Part shown: positions 29,301 to 38,206 of the stretch, piece by piece
Layout: every line of letters starts with the position of its first letter
Position numbering within the stretch: position 1 is the first letter of the stretch
Assembly: GCA_965649205.1 (NCBI GenBank)
Contig: CBFGJV010000005.1
Location: 32,001-96,000, forward strand
From: a candidate division WOR-3 bacterium
GTDB lineage: Bacteria; Hydrothermota; Tepidihabitantia; Tepidihabitantales; Tepidihabitantaceae
DNA: 64,000 bases
Direction of reading: 5' to 3'
The notes under the pieces: generated by a model
The model's input: the letters and a program-made list of their open reading frames with translations, nothing else
What the model was told of the DNA's origin: nothing
Database searches by the model: none
Position numbers and translations under genes: made by a program

Positions 29301-30794
29301 ACGACCCAAGCCGGTTTCCGAGTGGTACGGACGGATGCAGCGGCGCAAAGAATTTTGCAGCCGGCGGGTGCCATCCGTCCCGGAAGAGTACGGCCCGCTG
29401 CCGTAGTGGCTAATCTGGGTGAATGTGATAGTGATATAGAGGTGATGTTTTGGATTGCGGATTCCTTGCCGGTATATTCTGATACCGTCCGGTTACTGCG
29501 GGTGGGCGTGGCGAAGGAAACAACGGCTCTGTTCAGAGACTGGGATGCCGGGCCAGGAAAATACAACGTTAGGGTTGTGACTTTGGTTGCCGGGGATGAA
29601 AACCCTGGTAACGATTCCTGTTTTGCCCAGGTGAGAGTTGAGCTGCCGCGACGCTGGGTGCAGCTGCAGGAAATCCCGGCCGGTCGTGCCGGCCAGCCAG
29701 TCCGCGCCGGAGGATGTCTGGTTTCTCTGCGGGACGGGCTATTAGGTTTGAAGGGAGGAAACACAGATGAGTGCTACCGATATTCTGGGCACGAAGATTC
29801 CTGGTTTGCACTCTCACCTTTGCCCCCAAGTCCCACTGGTCGCAAGGTTAAAGCCGGAGCAGCTATCTGTTTTGATGGAGCGCGGCGAGTTTATGCTCTG
29901 CGGGGCAATCGTACGCGCGAATTTCTGGCCTACGATGTGATTACGGATTCCTGGCGATTTCTTTCCGCACTACCCGAGGGGACAAGGATGTTGAAGTACG
30001 GAGCCGGACTCGGGTTTCTCTCTGGCGATACGGGGCGTGTTCTGTTTGTGAAGGGTAGTGGGACCTGCGATGTTCTGGTGTATTGGACAAAACAGAATCA
30101 GTGGCATGCCCGGCGGCGACTTCCCTGTGGACCGCAAGACAGACCGGCTAGAAGAGGAACTTGTCTGGTTGTAAGTTCGGGCCGGGTTTTCTGCTTGAAG
30201 GGAGGAACAAACGAGTTCTATGAATATTTCCCCAAAGGAGATTCCTGGGTCCGGCGAGCTGATTTACCGGCTGTGGGTAATTCGGGTCTGGCGCGTAGGG
30301 TCAGGGACGGTGCTTCATTGTGCGCTGATCAGTCTGGCTGCGTCTATGCTTTCAAGGGCCGCAGCAATGAGTTCTGGCGCTACAGCGTGTCTGCTGATGT
30401 TTGGGTGCAGCTAGAAGATTTTCCTTTCCCAGAGCCGGCCCGCAAAGCAGGTTCTGGTGCTGCACTTGCCTTTCTTTCCGGTTGCATATATGCCCTGAGG
30501 GGCGGAGGCAGCAGAGAATTGTGGAGATATGAGCCAGAGATAGCGGGAAAGGATACAACTACAGCTACAGAAGTAGAGCCGGGCATGGCAGCGCAAGCGG
30601 GTGAGGCAAAGAAAGCCGGGTGGTTTCGGACAGAGGTGTTTCTTTTGCCCGGTTCGGCTGTGGTGTATGATGTATGCGGCCGCCAGGTAGAGAGAGCGGT
30701 TTCAGACAAGTTGCGGTTATCTTCCGTGCCAGGCGTGTATTTTGTGCGAACTACCAAAGACCGCCGTTGCCACAAGGTGTTGTTGCTCAGATAG
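26310..30794 (+). CDS. Large secreted protein: N-terminal beta-propeller, 7 CARDB-like Ig repeats, Kelch-like propeller, short T9SS-A-like CTD
   Basis: Signal peptide; DxxGNVHVxW blades; repeats RDxxVxxIxxP...GDxxPxND; LKGGNT/FxxY...W Kelch blades; VYDVCGR...PGVYF...KVLLLR. Confidence 0.8.
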   Translation: MCRAVAFSVFFLALGGRVLAGWLPEERLTFRPDTADYTTPNYARCVASDRTGNVHVVWYGRWQQKPQVWYKRLDALSGRWSENMVISHEPQGAINPCLAVDDSGNVHVAWQVATAQADTVLRYRCRHVAGGVWDSIETVVRGTRMQTPSLAARQDVVALVWSQQWLPQYQGVFLAVRTRGGWSQPEMVSDSLSRDQGAGAVGIGAGSVGVLWRNGTADLIMFRQRETTGWAGPETVFRGASAAPCLWIEPKGTAHSIWTASISGRDRYVYRQKQEGIWRDAVMLPETYPMQGPVSLGVEQSGQIHLVWVAKDTVYYATAESSGRRWSVPLAIGFGPYGRGNPSLHVQQEGELQVVWTDNRHNPYPYSDIYCRRYGWLRDISVQRVVSPVGIIDSGMAVAPAAWVANWGDSTETQVRVDFRLGDSGQLRMVTSILPGDSALVHFDTCKLLSLSWIGLCCSTALTGDAVPANNVSRDSIFVRLRDVALDSILTPRGLLPLDTVRPAATVRNRGNVAAEARARFSILENGEVVYSGQTTVPIQAGVVRRLEFPPWAGKVGVFTAVCSVSCGGDIHPENDTGSTRFELFYRDLGIEDITWPTGQVDSGVFGLPVVQVRNLGNTTERYWAFLTIGADYKDSLEVQSLLPGQTDTLHFAGWTAQKRGLLFAGCSLWCSGDMNLSNNAAARTVFVQVRDAAVESIVSPAGPITVDSVRPCVRLRNQGNTKVISRCGFLIESDSSGIVYVDSVDAYLAPDSVTEVMFSSWQGTPGRYRTACFSSLDGDMRSENDTLRGEFLVYQPEVRVIRMLVPAAVVDSGWYDRPVVELHNVSPVPLACLCSLYIGPYYAQVETVAGMLPGEIRGYRFSEPYYAVQRGWQPVLCSIFGFAGTSRTPACKLECSLFVRVRDASVEGILAPSGNVGRGEIRPRVRVRNRGNVTGKPGCWFAVRDSAAELYRDSVSLELEPGNDAVAEFRFTSFPSGRYRAYAWTFMENDMVRANDTTQAGFRVVRTDAAAQRILQPAGAIRPGRVRPAAVVANLGECDSDIEVMFWIADSLPVYSDTVRLLRVGVAKETTALFRDWDAGPGKYNVRVVTLVAGDENPGNDSCFAQVRVELPRRWVQLQEIPAGRAGQPVRAGGCLVSLRDGLLGLKGGNTDECYRYSGHEDSWFALSPLPPSPTGRKVKAGAAICFDGARRVYALRGNRTREFLAYDVITDSWRFLSALPEGTRMLKYGAGLGFLSGDTGRVLFVKGSGTCDVLVYWTKQNQWHARRRLPCGPQDRPARRGTCLVVSSGRVFCLKGGTNEFYEYFPKGDSWVRRADLPAVGNSGLARRVRDGASLCADQSGCVYAFKGRSNEFWRYSVSADVWVQLEDFPFPEPARKAGSGAALAFLSGCIYALRGGGSRELWRYEPEIAGKDTTTATEVEPGMAAQAGEAKKAGWFRTEVFLLPGSAVVYDVCGRQVERAVSDKLRLSSVPGVYFVRTTKDRRCHKVLLLR

Positions 30795-30866
30795 GATGCA
30801 TTCTTCGTTTCGGGTGCGGGGATTGCCGATGGTTGACTGACCTATCGGTAAGAGCTACGATTGTTT

Positions 30867-31721
30867 GTGCGATGCCTAGTTACTGGCGCATCCGGTCTGC
30901 TGGGAAGACAGTTTGTGCGCTGGTTGAGAGAAAGAGGGGAGGAGGTGGTTGAATGGGACTTGCCGGAGCATGACATTACTGATGTGAATAAGACTATAAA
31001 TGAGATTCATCAGGTAAAACCAGAGGTTGTGTTTCATTTTGCCGCCTGGACAGATGTGGATGCATGCGAGAGCGACCCGGCAAGGGCTACAGCAGTCAAC
31101 ACGCAGGGGGCTTGGACTGTTGCTTTGGGCGCCACAGAGGTGAACGCACGTATGGTTTATCTCAGCACTGATTACGTGTTTGACGGCAGCAAGACCAGTC
31201 CTTACGACGAGCGGGATAAGCCGAATCCCTTGTCAGTATACGGTAAGAGCAAGCTGATGGGGGAGAAGGCAGTAATGCGTTCCTGCGGGAAATTCTATAT
31301 TGTGCGTACCAGCGGCATGTTCGGAAGTTATGGACGGAATTTTGTGGATACAATTCTGGTTGCAGCAAGAAGTCAGAAGGCCCAGAACGGAGAATCGTTG
31401 CGGGTGGTGCATGATCAGCGGTTCTCGCCAACTTACGCGGCTGACCTGTGCGAGCCTCTGTATGAACTGGCACGACAGGCCAGTCCGGGCATTTATCATC
31501 TGACTAACAGTGGGCAGTGTTCCTGGTTTGAGCTGGCGCAGGCGGCGATAGAGCTGGTCGGACTTAATTGTCCGGTTGTGCCTATTACGGCGCGCGAGCT
31601 AGGTCGTCCTGCTCCGCGGCCGGCCTTTTCGGTTTTGGAGAATCGTAACTTCAAGCGCAAGTTTGGCAGAATACTGCGGCCGTGGCAGGAAGCACTGGCA
31701 GAATACCTGCGGGGAAAATGA
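30867..31721 (+). CDS. rfbD: dTDP-4-dehydrorhamnose reductase
   Basis: TGASGLLG, STDYVFDG, YGKSK, APRPAFSVL; GTG 5 nt after TTGACT-17-TACGAT. Confidence 0.95.
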   Translation: MRCLVTGASGLLGRQFVRWLRERGEEVVEWDLPEHDITDVNKTINEIHQVKPEVVFHFAAWTDVDACESDPARATAVNTQGAWTVALGATEVNARMVYLSTDYVFDGSKTSPYDERDKPNPLSVYGKSKLMGEKAVMRSCGKFYIVRTSGMFGSYGRNFVDTILVAARSQKAQNGESLRVVHDQRFSPTYAADLCEPLYELARQASPGIYHLTNSGQCSWFELAQAAIELVGLNCPVVPITARELGRPAPRPAFSVLENRNFKRKFGRILRPWQEALAEYLRGK

Positions 31722-31752
31722 GGAGCCGTGGTTTAGACCCAGAAAGCAGCAG

Positions 31753-32190
31753 GTGATATTGGCGTTCTGTTATTCTGAAGAACAGAAAGAAACACCCTAT
31801 CGGCAACCGAAGTTGGCGGTCGACTGTATTGTCAGAGTAAAGGGAAGGATTCTGCTTATCCGGCGGAAGAATCCACCTCTAGGCTGGGCTTTACCGGGTG
31901 GTTTTGTGGAGTATGGAGAATCTCTGGAGGAGGCGGTGAGGCGGGAGGTGAAGGAGGAAACCGGACTGGAATTGGAGAATCTGCAACAGTTTCGGGCTTA
32001 TTCCGACCCAGGCCGGGACCCGCGTTGTCATTGTGTTTCGGTGGTTTTCACCGCAGATGGTATAGGTGAACCCCGAGCGGGCGATGATGCCGGAGACATC
32101 TGTCTGGCTGATCCGGAGGCACTGCCTGAGCTGGCATTTGATCATGCCCTCATTCTGGCTGACTACAAAGAAAGCAGAGCGAAAGGATAA
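31753..32190 (+). CDS. NUDIX hydrolase
   Basis: Nudix box GGFVEYGESLEEAVRREVKEETGL; GRDPR; LAFDH. Start uncertain (31753 or 31759). Confidence 0.88.
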   Translation: MILAFCYSEEQKETPYRQPKLAVDCIVRVKGRILLIRRKNPPLGWALPGGFVEYGESLEEAVRREVKEETGLELENLQQFRAYSDPGRDPRCHCVSVVFTADGIGEPRAGDDAGDICLADPEALPELAFDHALILADYKESRAKG

Positions 32191-32214
32191 CCCACCCTAA
32201 GGCGATTCTTCGTC

Positions 32215-33087
32215 TCAGGAGAAAAGCCGCAGACTGAAGTGCAAGGCGCTGGCAGAAATGATGCCGACGGAAAGGTTATCGTCTAGGTCCAGCGGTAGGG
32301 CTTCGGCACAGGCTGCCAGAAAAACAGAGAGCAACAGGGCAGGCAGGGGAACAGGAACAAACTCGGCCAGTATGGAGCCGACAGCGAGGCAAGCCAGAAA
32401 GTGCGACAGGGTACCTTCCACAGTCTTGTGGAACAGGGGAGTGCGTCCGAACCAGATGCCGAAGAATTTTGCGGAGAAGTCTCCGAACACCATGAAGGCC
32501 AGAGCATAGAGCGTAACGGTGCGGTCGAAAATCAGGGTCACCAGAAGTGCAGCCAAGAGGAAAAGCGTCATGGAGGACAGCCGGTCTTTTTCCTTGGCTT
32601 TGAAGGTGCTTGCAGCGCGGTGAAACAGGAAACGGTTGACCCGGGTGGCGCTGAGACGGGTCAGGTCAAGAGCAAGAAATCCGGCGGTTACCACTGCGAG
32701 CAGGACCAGTGTCCAGGTGCGGCCCCAAACAAAAAGGAGCCCAGGAAAGGCCATGGCGGCAGGACGGATCAGAAAACGCCACAGTTTTACTTGCCCCCGT
32801 GCGTTTTCGGGTTGCACGAACAGTTTTCTTCTGGCGGCGGAAATGATGCTGGCTGTGAGGGCCGTCAGGGCCAGCACTGTTATTCCGTAGCGGAGCGCGG
32901 TTATACTTACATAACGCCACACAAAAAAGCCAAGTAGTGGTGCGGCTGTGAGCCCAACGAATTCCCAACGTCTGGTGATGAACCGGACAGAGACGCCTAC
33001 CACTAGTATCAGCACAAGGGGATACCAAGGTGTACTTTGCTCTGGCTTCTGAGCAAGAGTGACGAACAGCAAAGAAGCGTCTGCCAC
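32215..33087 (-). CDS. Polytopic membrane protein, dolichol/phytol kinase-like (cytidylyltransferase clan)
   Basis: Many TM helices; GDFSAKFFG...KTVEG...DDNL motif set. Confidence 0.65.
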   Translation of the reverse strand: MADASLLFVTLAQKPEQSTPWYPLVLILVVGVSVRFITRRWEFVGLTAAPLLGFFVWRYVSITALRYGITVLALTALTASIISAARRKLFVQPENARGQVKLWRFLIRPAAMAFPGLLFVWGRTWTLVLLAVVTAGFLALDLTRLSATRVNRFLFHRAASTFKAKEKDRLSSMTLFLLAALLVTLIFDRTVTLYALAFMVFGDFSAKFFGIWFGRTPLFHKTVEGTLSHFLACLAVGSILAEFVPVPLPALLLSVFLAACAEALPLDLDDNLSVGIISASALHFSLRLFS

Positions 33088-33132
33088 GGTGCCCGGATTA
33101 TACGGGCAGGTTAGAGCAAGGGCAAGTAAGGC

Positions 33133-33462
33133 TCAGGGCTGGTTTGAGGACGTGTTATCCGGTGTGTCCTGGCCGGCAGCAGGTTTGGACTGTTTCTGAG
33201 CTTCTTCTTCGGCTCGGATGAAGGCAAGGCGAAGCTGATAGAGTATGTCATTCAGCAGCCTGGTTTCTTCTTCCGTTCTGTTGCCCTCGGTTTTAGCCCT
33301 GAGCATTTCCAGAGTGGAAATGGTATGGCGGGCATAAGCGAGATTCACAGGGGGCGGTTTCTGACCAGGCAGAACTTCGTGTCCGAGATAGGAAAGGGCG
33401 GCGGCAGAGAGGCTGAGAAAAAGGTCCGATAAGGATGCTTCGGGCATTCTATCTGTTGGCAT
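33133..33462 (-). CDS. DUF1844 domain protein
   Basis: SLSAAALSYLG...NLAYARHTISTLEMLRAKTEGNRTEEE...LYQLRLAF. Confidence 0.85.
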   Translation of the reverse strand: MPTDRMPEASLSDLFLSLSAAALSYLGHEVLPGQKPPPVNLAYARHTISTLEMLRAKTEGNRTEEETRLLNDILYQLRLAFIRAEEEAQKQSKPAAGQDTPDNTSSNQP

Positions 33463-34621
33463 GGTAGTCCAAAAGGGTTCTGGTCTGGATTACATGACCA
33501 TCCTTGATGTAGATGCGGGGAACGCGAGGACTTACCCGGCATAGTATCTCGTAGGGAATTGTGTCAGCCCAGTTAGCCAGTTCGCTTGCGGTTATAGTTT
33601 CCTTTCCGGCAGAACCTAGAAGAGTAACTTCGTCGCCGATAGATGCCTCTGGGATGTCAGTCACGTCCAGCATGGTGAGGTCCATACATACATTGCCTAC
33701 CACCGGAGCACGCCGACCGGATACAAGTGCCTGTCCGCGGTTGCGCAGCGCGTAGGGATAGCCGTCACCGTAGCCGGCAGTGATGACAGCGATACGGGAA
33801 CGACGACGGGTGAAGAAATTTCTTTCATAGCTGATGGACACGCCCGCCTCAAACTCTCGTAGGTTGACAATGCGGGAGCGCAAGTTCATAACCGGCTTCA
33901 GTTGTAAGCGGGATTGACGTTGACCCTCGCGATAACTTTCCGGCAGTATGCCGTAAACAATCAGGCCGGGTCGAACCATATCCAGATGCGAGTTCCGAAT
34001 GTTCATGAGTCCGGCGGAGTTGGCTGCGTGAGCGGCAATGTTTTCTACGCCTCTACCTCGCAGCGCAGATAGTAAGTTTCTGTAGTCTGCGAGCTGTTTT
34101 TCGGTAAATACAATGTCAGTGTCTGCTGCCGGGAAATGGGTAAATACTCCTTCCAGTCGCAGGCCGGGGAGAGAGGCCACGCGAGGAACAAAATCCAAGG
34201 CTTCGGAGATAGATACGCCGGTACGGCCCATGCCCGTGTCGACTTCTATATGTATACCCAGAGAGGTGTGGCGACGTTGGGCTTCTGCAGACAGACGCCG
34301 GGCAAATTCAGGCTCGGTGACGGAAGGCGTAAGCCAGAATTCGAACAAGTCCGGTATTTCGCCGTAGGTAGCCGGCGAGAGAACAATAATAGGGTTGTTG
34401 AGACCGGCTTTGCGCAGGCTGATGCCTTCCTCCACTGAGGCGACGCCAAAGGCGTCCACCTTGCCGGCGAGTTCACGGGCTACTTCGCGCAGACCGTGTC
34501 CGTAGGCGTCTGCCTTGACGGCGACCAGAAGCCGGCTTCTGCCAATGAATCTGCGTACTTCTTCTATGTTATGGTGCAAGGCGTTCAGGTCGATTTCCGC
34601 CCAGATGCGAGTCAGGCTCAT
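33449..34621 (-). CDS. alr: Alanine racemase
   Basis: AVKADAYGHG (PLP Lys), DTGMGRTG, VRPGLIVYG, GYGDG, VCMD, TIPYE. Confidence 0.97.
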   Translation of the reverse strand: MSLTRIWAEIDLNALHHNIEEVRRFIGRSRLLVAVKADAYGHGLREVARELAGKVDAFGVASVEEGISLRKAGLNNPIIVLSPATYGEIPDLFEFWLTPSVTEPEFARRLSAEAQRRHTSLGIHIEVDTGMGRTGVSISEALDFVPRVASLPGLRLEGVFTHFPAADTDIVFTEKQLADYRNLLSALRGRGVENIAAHAANSAGLMNIRNSHLDMVRPGLIVYGILPESYREGQRQSRLQLKPVMNLRSRIVNLREFEAGVSISYERNFFTRRRSRIAVITAGYGDGYPYALRNRGQALVSGRRAPVVGNVCMDLTMLDVTDIPEASIGDEVTLLGSAGKETITASELANWADTIPYEILCRVSPRVPRIYIKDGHVIQTRTLLDYHANR

Positions 34622-34651
34622 GGAAATACGGGAAAGCTTCTTCCGCCTCTG

Positions 34652-35455
34652 TCAGCTCTGTGGCGTACGAATCTGGAATTGCCAGCCATATTCAATATAA
34701 CCCACGGCAGCTGCCGTACGTTGAGAGGCCAGATTAGCATCAGAAGTGGTGTAAACGGGTATCCGGCCTGTTTCCAATACCGCTTTGGTGGTGTGGGATA
34801 CGACTGTGCGGCCACAACCTTGGTTACGGAATTCTTCCAGCGTGCCAGGCACAGATACTTCTGCCACTTTGTCAGAAAGGTGGGGAGCCGGAAGCGTAGC
34901 AGCAAGGGAGATGAGCTTGGTGTCTCGGAACACGGCAAACGCTGTGCCGGCATGAATGGAGTGTTCCAGCCAGGGTCCGGGTAACATCCCGCTTTCTCTC
35001 ACCGCGGGCAGGTCGGTAAGCAGAAGACGTCGGCAGGGATGGAGTTGGTGCATTCTGAGGGTGTCGGTCGTACAGTAGAGAATGGGGCCAGAGCTGGAGC
35101 CTACCCGCTGATGTATCCCCATAGTTTTGGCTACCGTCAGTACCAGCTGGCGGGCAAACTCCGGTCGCCGCAGATTGGCAAGTCCCATCGCTTTGGCAAA
35201 AGAGCCGACTGTCTTGAACAGGTTGTTTCGGACGGATATGGCACATCGGCTTTGGGTGATGATCATCCACACCGGGAAGGAGTCGGTATAGAAAGCTTCG
35301 GCGCGTTCCCTGCGGGGTGAGGCGACAATGACGGTCTGGCCCGGGGGAATGAGCCCTATGTCGCAACCCAGATAGGCGGAGAAATAGTCGTCGAGTACGG
35401 CAAGCGGTTGTTCTCCCAGCCCAGACCCGGCGCCAGTATTTTCGTGCTGTCCCAC
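34652..35455 (-). CDS. GNAT-family acetyltransferase (C-terminal GNAT domain)
   Basis: TLEEFRNQGCG (motif A) and NLASQRTAAAVGY (motif B); GTG 35455 lies 6 nt after TTGACC-17-TATCCT. Confidence 0.75.
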   Translation of the reverse strand: MGQHENTGAGSGLGEQPLAVLDDYFSAYLGCDIGLIPPGQTVIVASPRRERAEAFYTDSFPVWMIITQSRCAISVRNNLFKTVGSFAKAMGLANLRRPEFARQLVLTVAKTMGIHQRVGSSSGPILYCTTDTLRMHQLHPCRRLLLTDLPAVRESGMLPGPWLEHSIHAGTAFAVFRDTKLISLAATLPAPHLSDKVAEVSVPGTLEEFRNQGCGRTVVSHTTKAVLETGRIPVYTTSDANLASQRTAAAVGYIEYGWQFQIRTPQS

Positions 35456-35556
35456 GCGGACAGGATACGATGGAGGCGAGCGGTGGTCAAGGTGGGAACG
35501 TGCTACGCAGCAGAAAAGAAGAGGCATAGACAAGCAGAATCTTACCTGCTTGGGTA

Positions 35557-38142
35557 TCAGCGCAGATATGTTACACGGCATAGGCGATTCTGCAGGGAAT
35601 GGCGGGAACGGAGAAAGTACAGTCCGGAGCCGACTTCCTTGTCTGGACGCCAGACGGCAATGCCGGGTTCCAAGAGGGCAATACGTCTTCCTGTCGCATC
35701 CAAGACCTCGACAGCTGCATCAGACGGAGCGCTGATGTTACAGGCCAGTCGGAACGGGTTGGGCCAGGCCAGGATAGCGTCTGCGGGGCGAGCGGGTAGA
35801 GGATTATGGGGTTCAGAAATTGCCGCGCCGGAGCAGAGCCAGGTCAGCAGCCGAGACAGGAAAGCGGGGCGGGTGAGAAAGTCAGGGCGGGCATTAGGGC
35901 GGTTCACAGCCTCGAAGCCGAATCCGAGCAGAATTATTCTGGCGCCCGAACCGGGCAGTTCCTTGCGTATGCCGGCGCCTACGTTGGTAATGGTATCATA
36001 CACCAAGAGGCGAGCTGCGCTGCCCAGGGGAGATACTACGTCGCGCGAGTTCTGATTACCGGCGCCGTCACCGCCGGCTGTGGAGGTGGCGTGGATAGTT
36101 CGACCTATCTCGTCCTGTCTGTTTCCGTACACAGAGAACTGTCGCCAGCCAGACGAATCAAAGCGGCAGCCCACCAGGCTTTCCAGAAAACTGGTACCGG
36201 CCAGTTCCTGCGCTATGTTTTGGCCGGTAAGCAGTAGATTTATCCCTCGCGCCGAGAGTGCTGTGAGACTGTCGCGGTCTTCGGGCGGTATTGTGCCGGT
36301 AGTGGTGTTTCCGGAAAACCAAATGAGGGTACGAGCCCGCAGTTCCGGACAGCGGGCATAAGGGGGAAGACCCTGAGTCCGGCGGTGCCAGATATAGTTT
36401 GTGTAACCGAGGGTGTCCAGAGTACGGGTGTAGTAGGCATCATACTGCTCTAAGGTGTCGTTGTTTATTACCAGTATTTGGGCAGGTCTGGTAACAAGAG
36501 TGAGGGAGGTGTCGCATGAGACAAACAGGTTCCAGTGTCTGGTGCTATAGGGAAATGACTGTTCCTGTGTGAGGGTTATGAGTGTGTCCAGTACCCGAAG
36601 GCGGAATTGCCCCAGGCTGTCGGTTACGGTTGAGTCCAGTATGGTGGGGCTGCCCTGTATTCTGGCGGTAAGGCGCGCGGTGATAGGCGAGCCGGTTACT
36701 GAATCGGCGAGGATGCCGGAAACTGAAAAGCGGCCGTATACCTTTATGCGCACCCGACTGGTGTCGTTGGCCCGGTTCAGGTCAGGAATGGCCTGGGCGA
36801 TGGCCTCAAACTCATAAATGCCGGGCAGGCTGGCAAGGTGAGAGGGAAAGTCGGCAGCCGTGTCTATGGCCACGAAGGGGAAATTGGTGTAATGCTTGGT
36901 GTGAGTGTAGTCGTTCGTGCGAACAGTGAAAGGAAAGGTTTCCGGGGAAAGTCCCACGTTGGCCACCGCGGGCAGGATGCGAATTGTGTCACCCGCGATG
37001 TATACTTTTTTCGGGTCGGGCGAGACGAATTCCAGCGCGCAGATGTCGTGTCCATATGTCGTGGTTACATACACATCCATACCCATGAAGACAAGATAAG
37101 TGGAAACCCAGGTTTGATCCTGAGTGGGCGGGTCGGTCCAGGTGGCGGGAATGCCGCCGTCGCGGTCCGTGTCCTGCTGCAGCAGAGTGTCGAGAAGATA
37201 CTGATGCATAAGCCACCAAGATCGTCTGTGCCCGAGCTCGGCCGCGGCCCGATAAGCGTTGGCGAGCCAGATGTTGTGGGAGCAGTTCCATATGCCGGTG
37301 GGATAGAATCCAGGCAGAGAATCGGCGTATTTCTCCACCCATTGTTTGCCCAGCACAGTATCGTCGCGGCCCACGGTACGGCATACACCCCAGAAGGCAG
37401 TACCGCCAGACATTGCCCAGTCACCACGGCCCAGAGCGTTTGCCGCATCACTCTCGATCCAGGACTTGATGCGGTACCCGCGGGCAAGGGCGGTGTCGCG
37501 GAGCACGGCCAGATTGCGCTGCAAAGCGTATTCGTAAGCCATGCCGGAAGACTGGGCAGTGACATAGTTGTCACGATAGCCGGCAGCTGGCAGGGGATTG
37601 CGCAGATAGAATCCGGCGCAGGAGTCAGCGTAGGAGCGGAAGGTGGAATCCTGGTAGGCGCGGCGGTACTGAGGTTCCACCATCATCGCCAGGCCACAAT
37701 TCCAGACAGCATACCAGGTGTGTTGCGGGTTGCCGGAGTGCTCCCAGTATGCCGGGTGGTTGAGCACATATATCCAGGCTCGCCGTATGTTTTCCCGATA
37801 GTCGTCGCGGCCGGTCAATTCATACCAGCGCGACCATATCCAGATTGCTTCCTGGGTGTTGTCGGTCTCAATGACATTGGGCATGTGTTCTGCTTCGATG
37901 ATACCGCCATAGTCCGGGGAAGTGGAGTCGGTGACCTGCCAGCGCGCCGTGAAGTCGCAGACCATCTTGAACCGTTCCAAATAGTTGAAACGGCGCGGGC
38001 CCTGGAGCAGTTCCAACTGCTGTGGAAGCACTTCAGGTCGGTACTCGCGGTAGAAGTTTTCAGATTCCAGTTCTGTCCAGGCACGAGTGGCGAATGCCAC
38101 CGTCACCAAGCTGGCGGCGAAGACAAATATCCTGATACGCAC
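35557..38142 (-). CDS. Secreted protein: helical (alpha/alpha-barrel-like) N-domain, CARDB/Ig domains, T9SS-A-like CTD
   Basis: SD GGAGG; signal peptide; Trp/Tyr-rich helical repeats; C-terminal AWPNPF...LDATGRR...SGLYFLR. Confidence 0.65.
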   Translation of the reverse strand: MRIRIFVFAASLVTVAFATRAWTELESENFYREYRPEVLPQQLELLQGPRRFNYLERFKMVCDFTARWQVTDSTSPDYGGIIEAEHMPNVIETDNTQEAIWIWSRWYELTGRDDYRENIRRAWIYVLNHPAYWEHSGNPQHTWYAVWNCGLAMMVEPQYRRAYQDSTFRSYADSCAGFYLRNPLPAAGYRDNYVTAQSSGMAYEYALQRNLAVLRDTALARGYRIKSWIESDAANALGRGDWAMSGGTAFWGVCRTVGRDDTVLGKQWVEKYADSLPGFYPTGIWNCSHNIWLANAYRAAAELGHRRSWWLMHQYLLDTLLQQDTDRDGGIPATWTDPPTQDQTWVSTYLVFMGMDVYVTTTYGHDICALEFVSPDPKKVYIAGDTIRILPAVANVGLSPETFPFTVRTNDYTHTKHYTNFPFVAIDTAADFPSHLASLPGIYEFEAIAQAIPDLNRANDTSRVRIKVYGRFSVSGILADSVTGSPITARLTARIQGSPTILDSTVTDSLGQFRLRVLDTLITLTQEQSFPYSTRHWNLFVSCDTSLTLVTRPAQILVINNDTLEQYDAYYTRTLDTLGYTNYIWHRRTQGLPPYARCPELRARTLIWFSGNTTTGTIPPEDRDSLTALSARGINLLLTGQNIAQELAGTSFLESLVGCRFDSSGWRQFSVYGNRQDEIGRTIHATSTAGGDGAGNQNSRDVVSPLGSAARLLVYDTITNVGAGIRKELPGSGARIILLGFGFEAVNRPNARPDFLTRPAFLSRLLTWLCSGAAISEPHNPLPARPADAILAWPNPFRLACNISAPSDAAVEVLDATGRRIALLEPGIAVWRPDKEVGSGLYFLRSRHSLQNRLCRVTYLR

Positions 38143-38206
38143 CTAGTCCTCCATTCTGGTAAATAGACTGAAAGCCCGAAATTCTACATACGAAAAGCCG
38201 GCCGGT

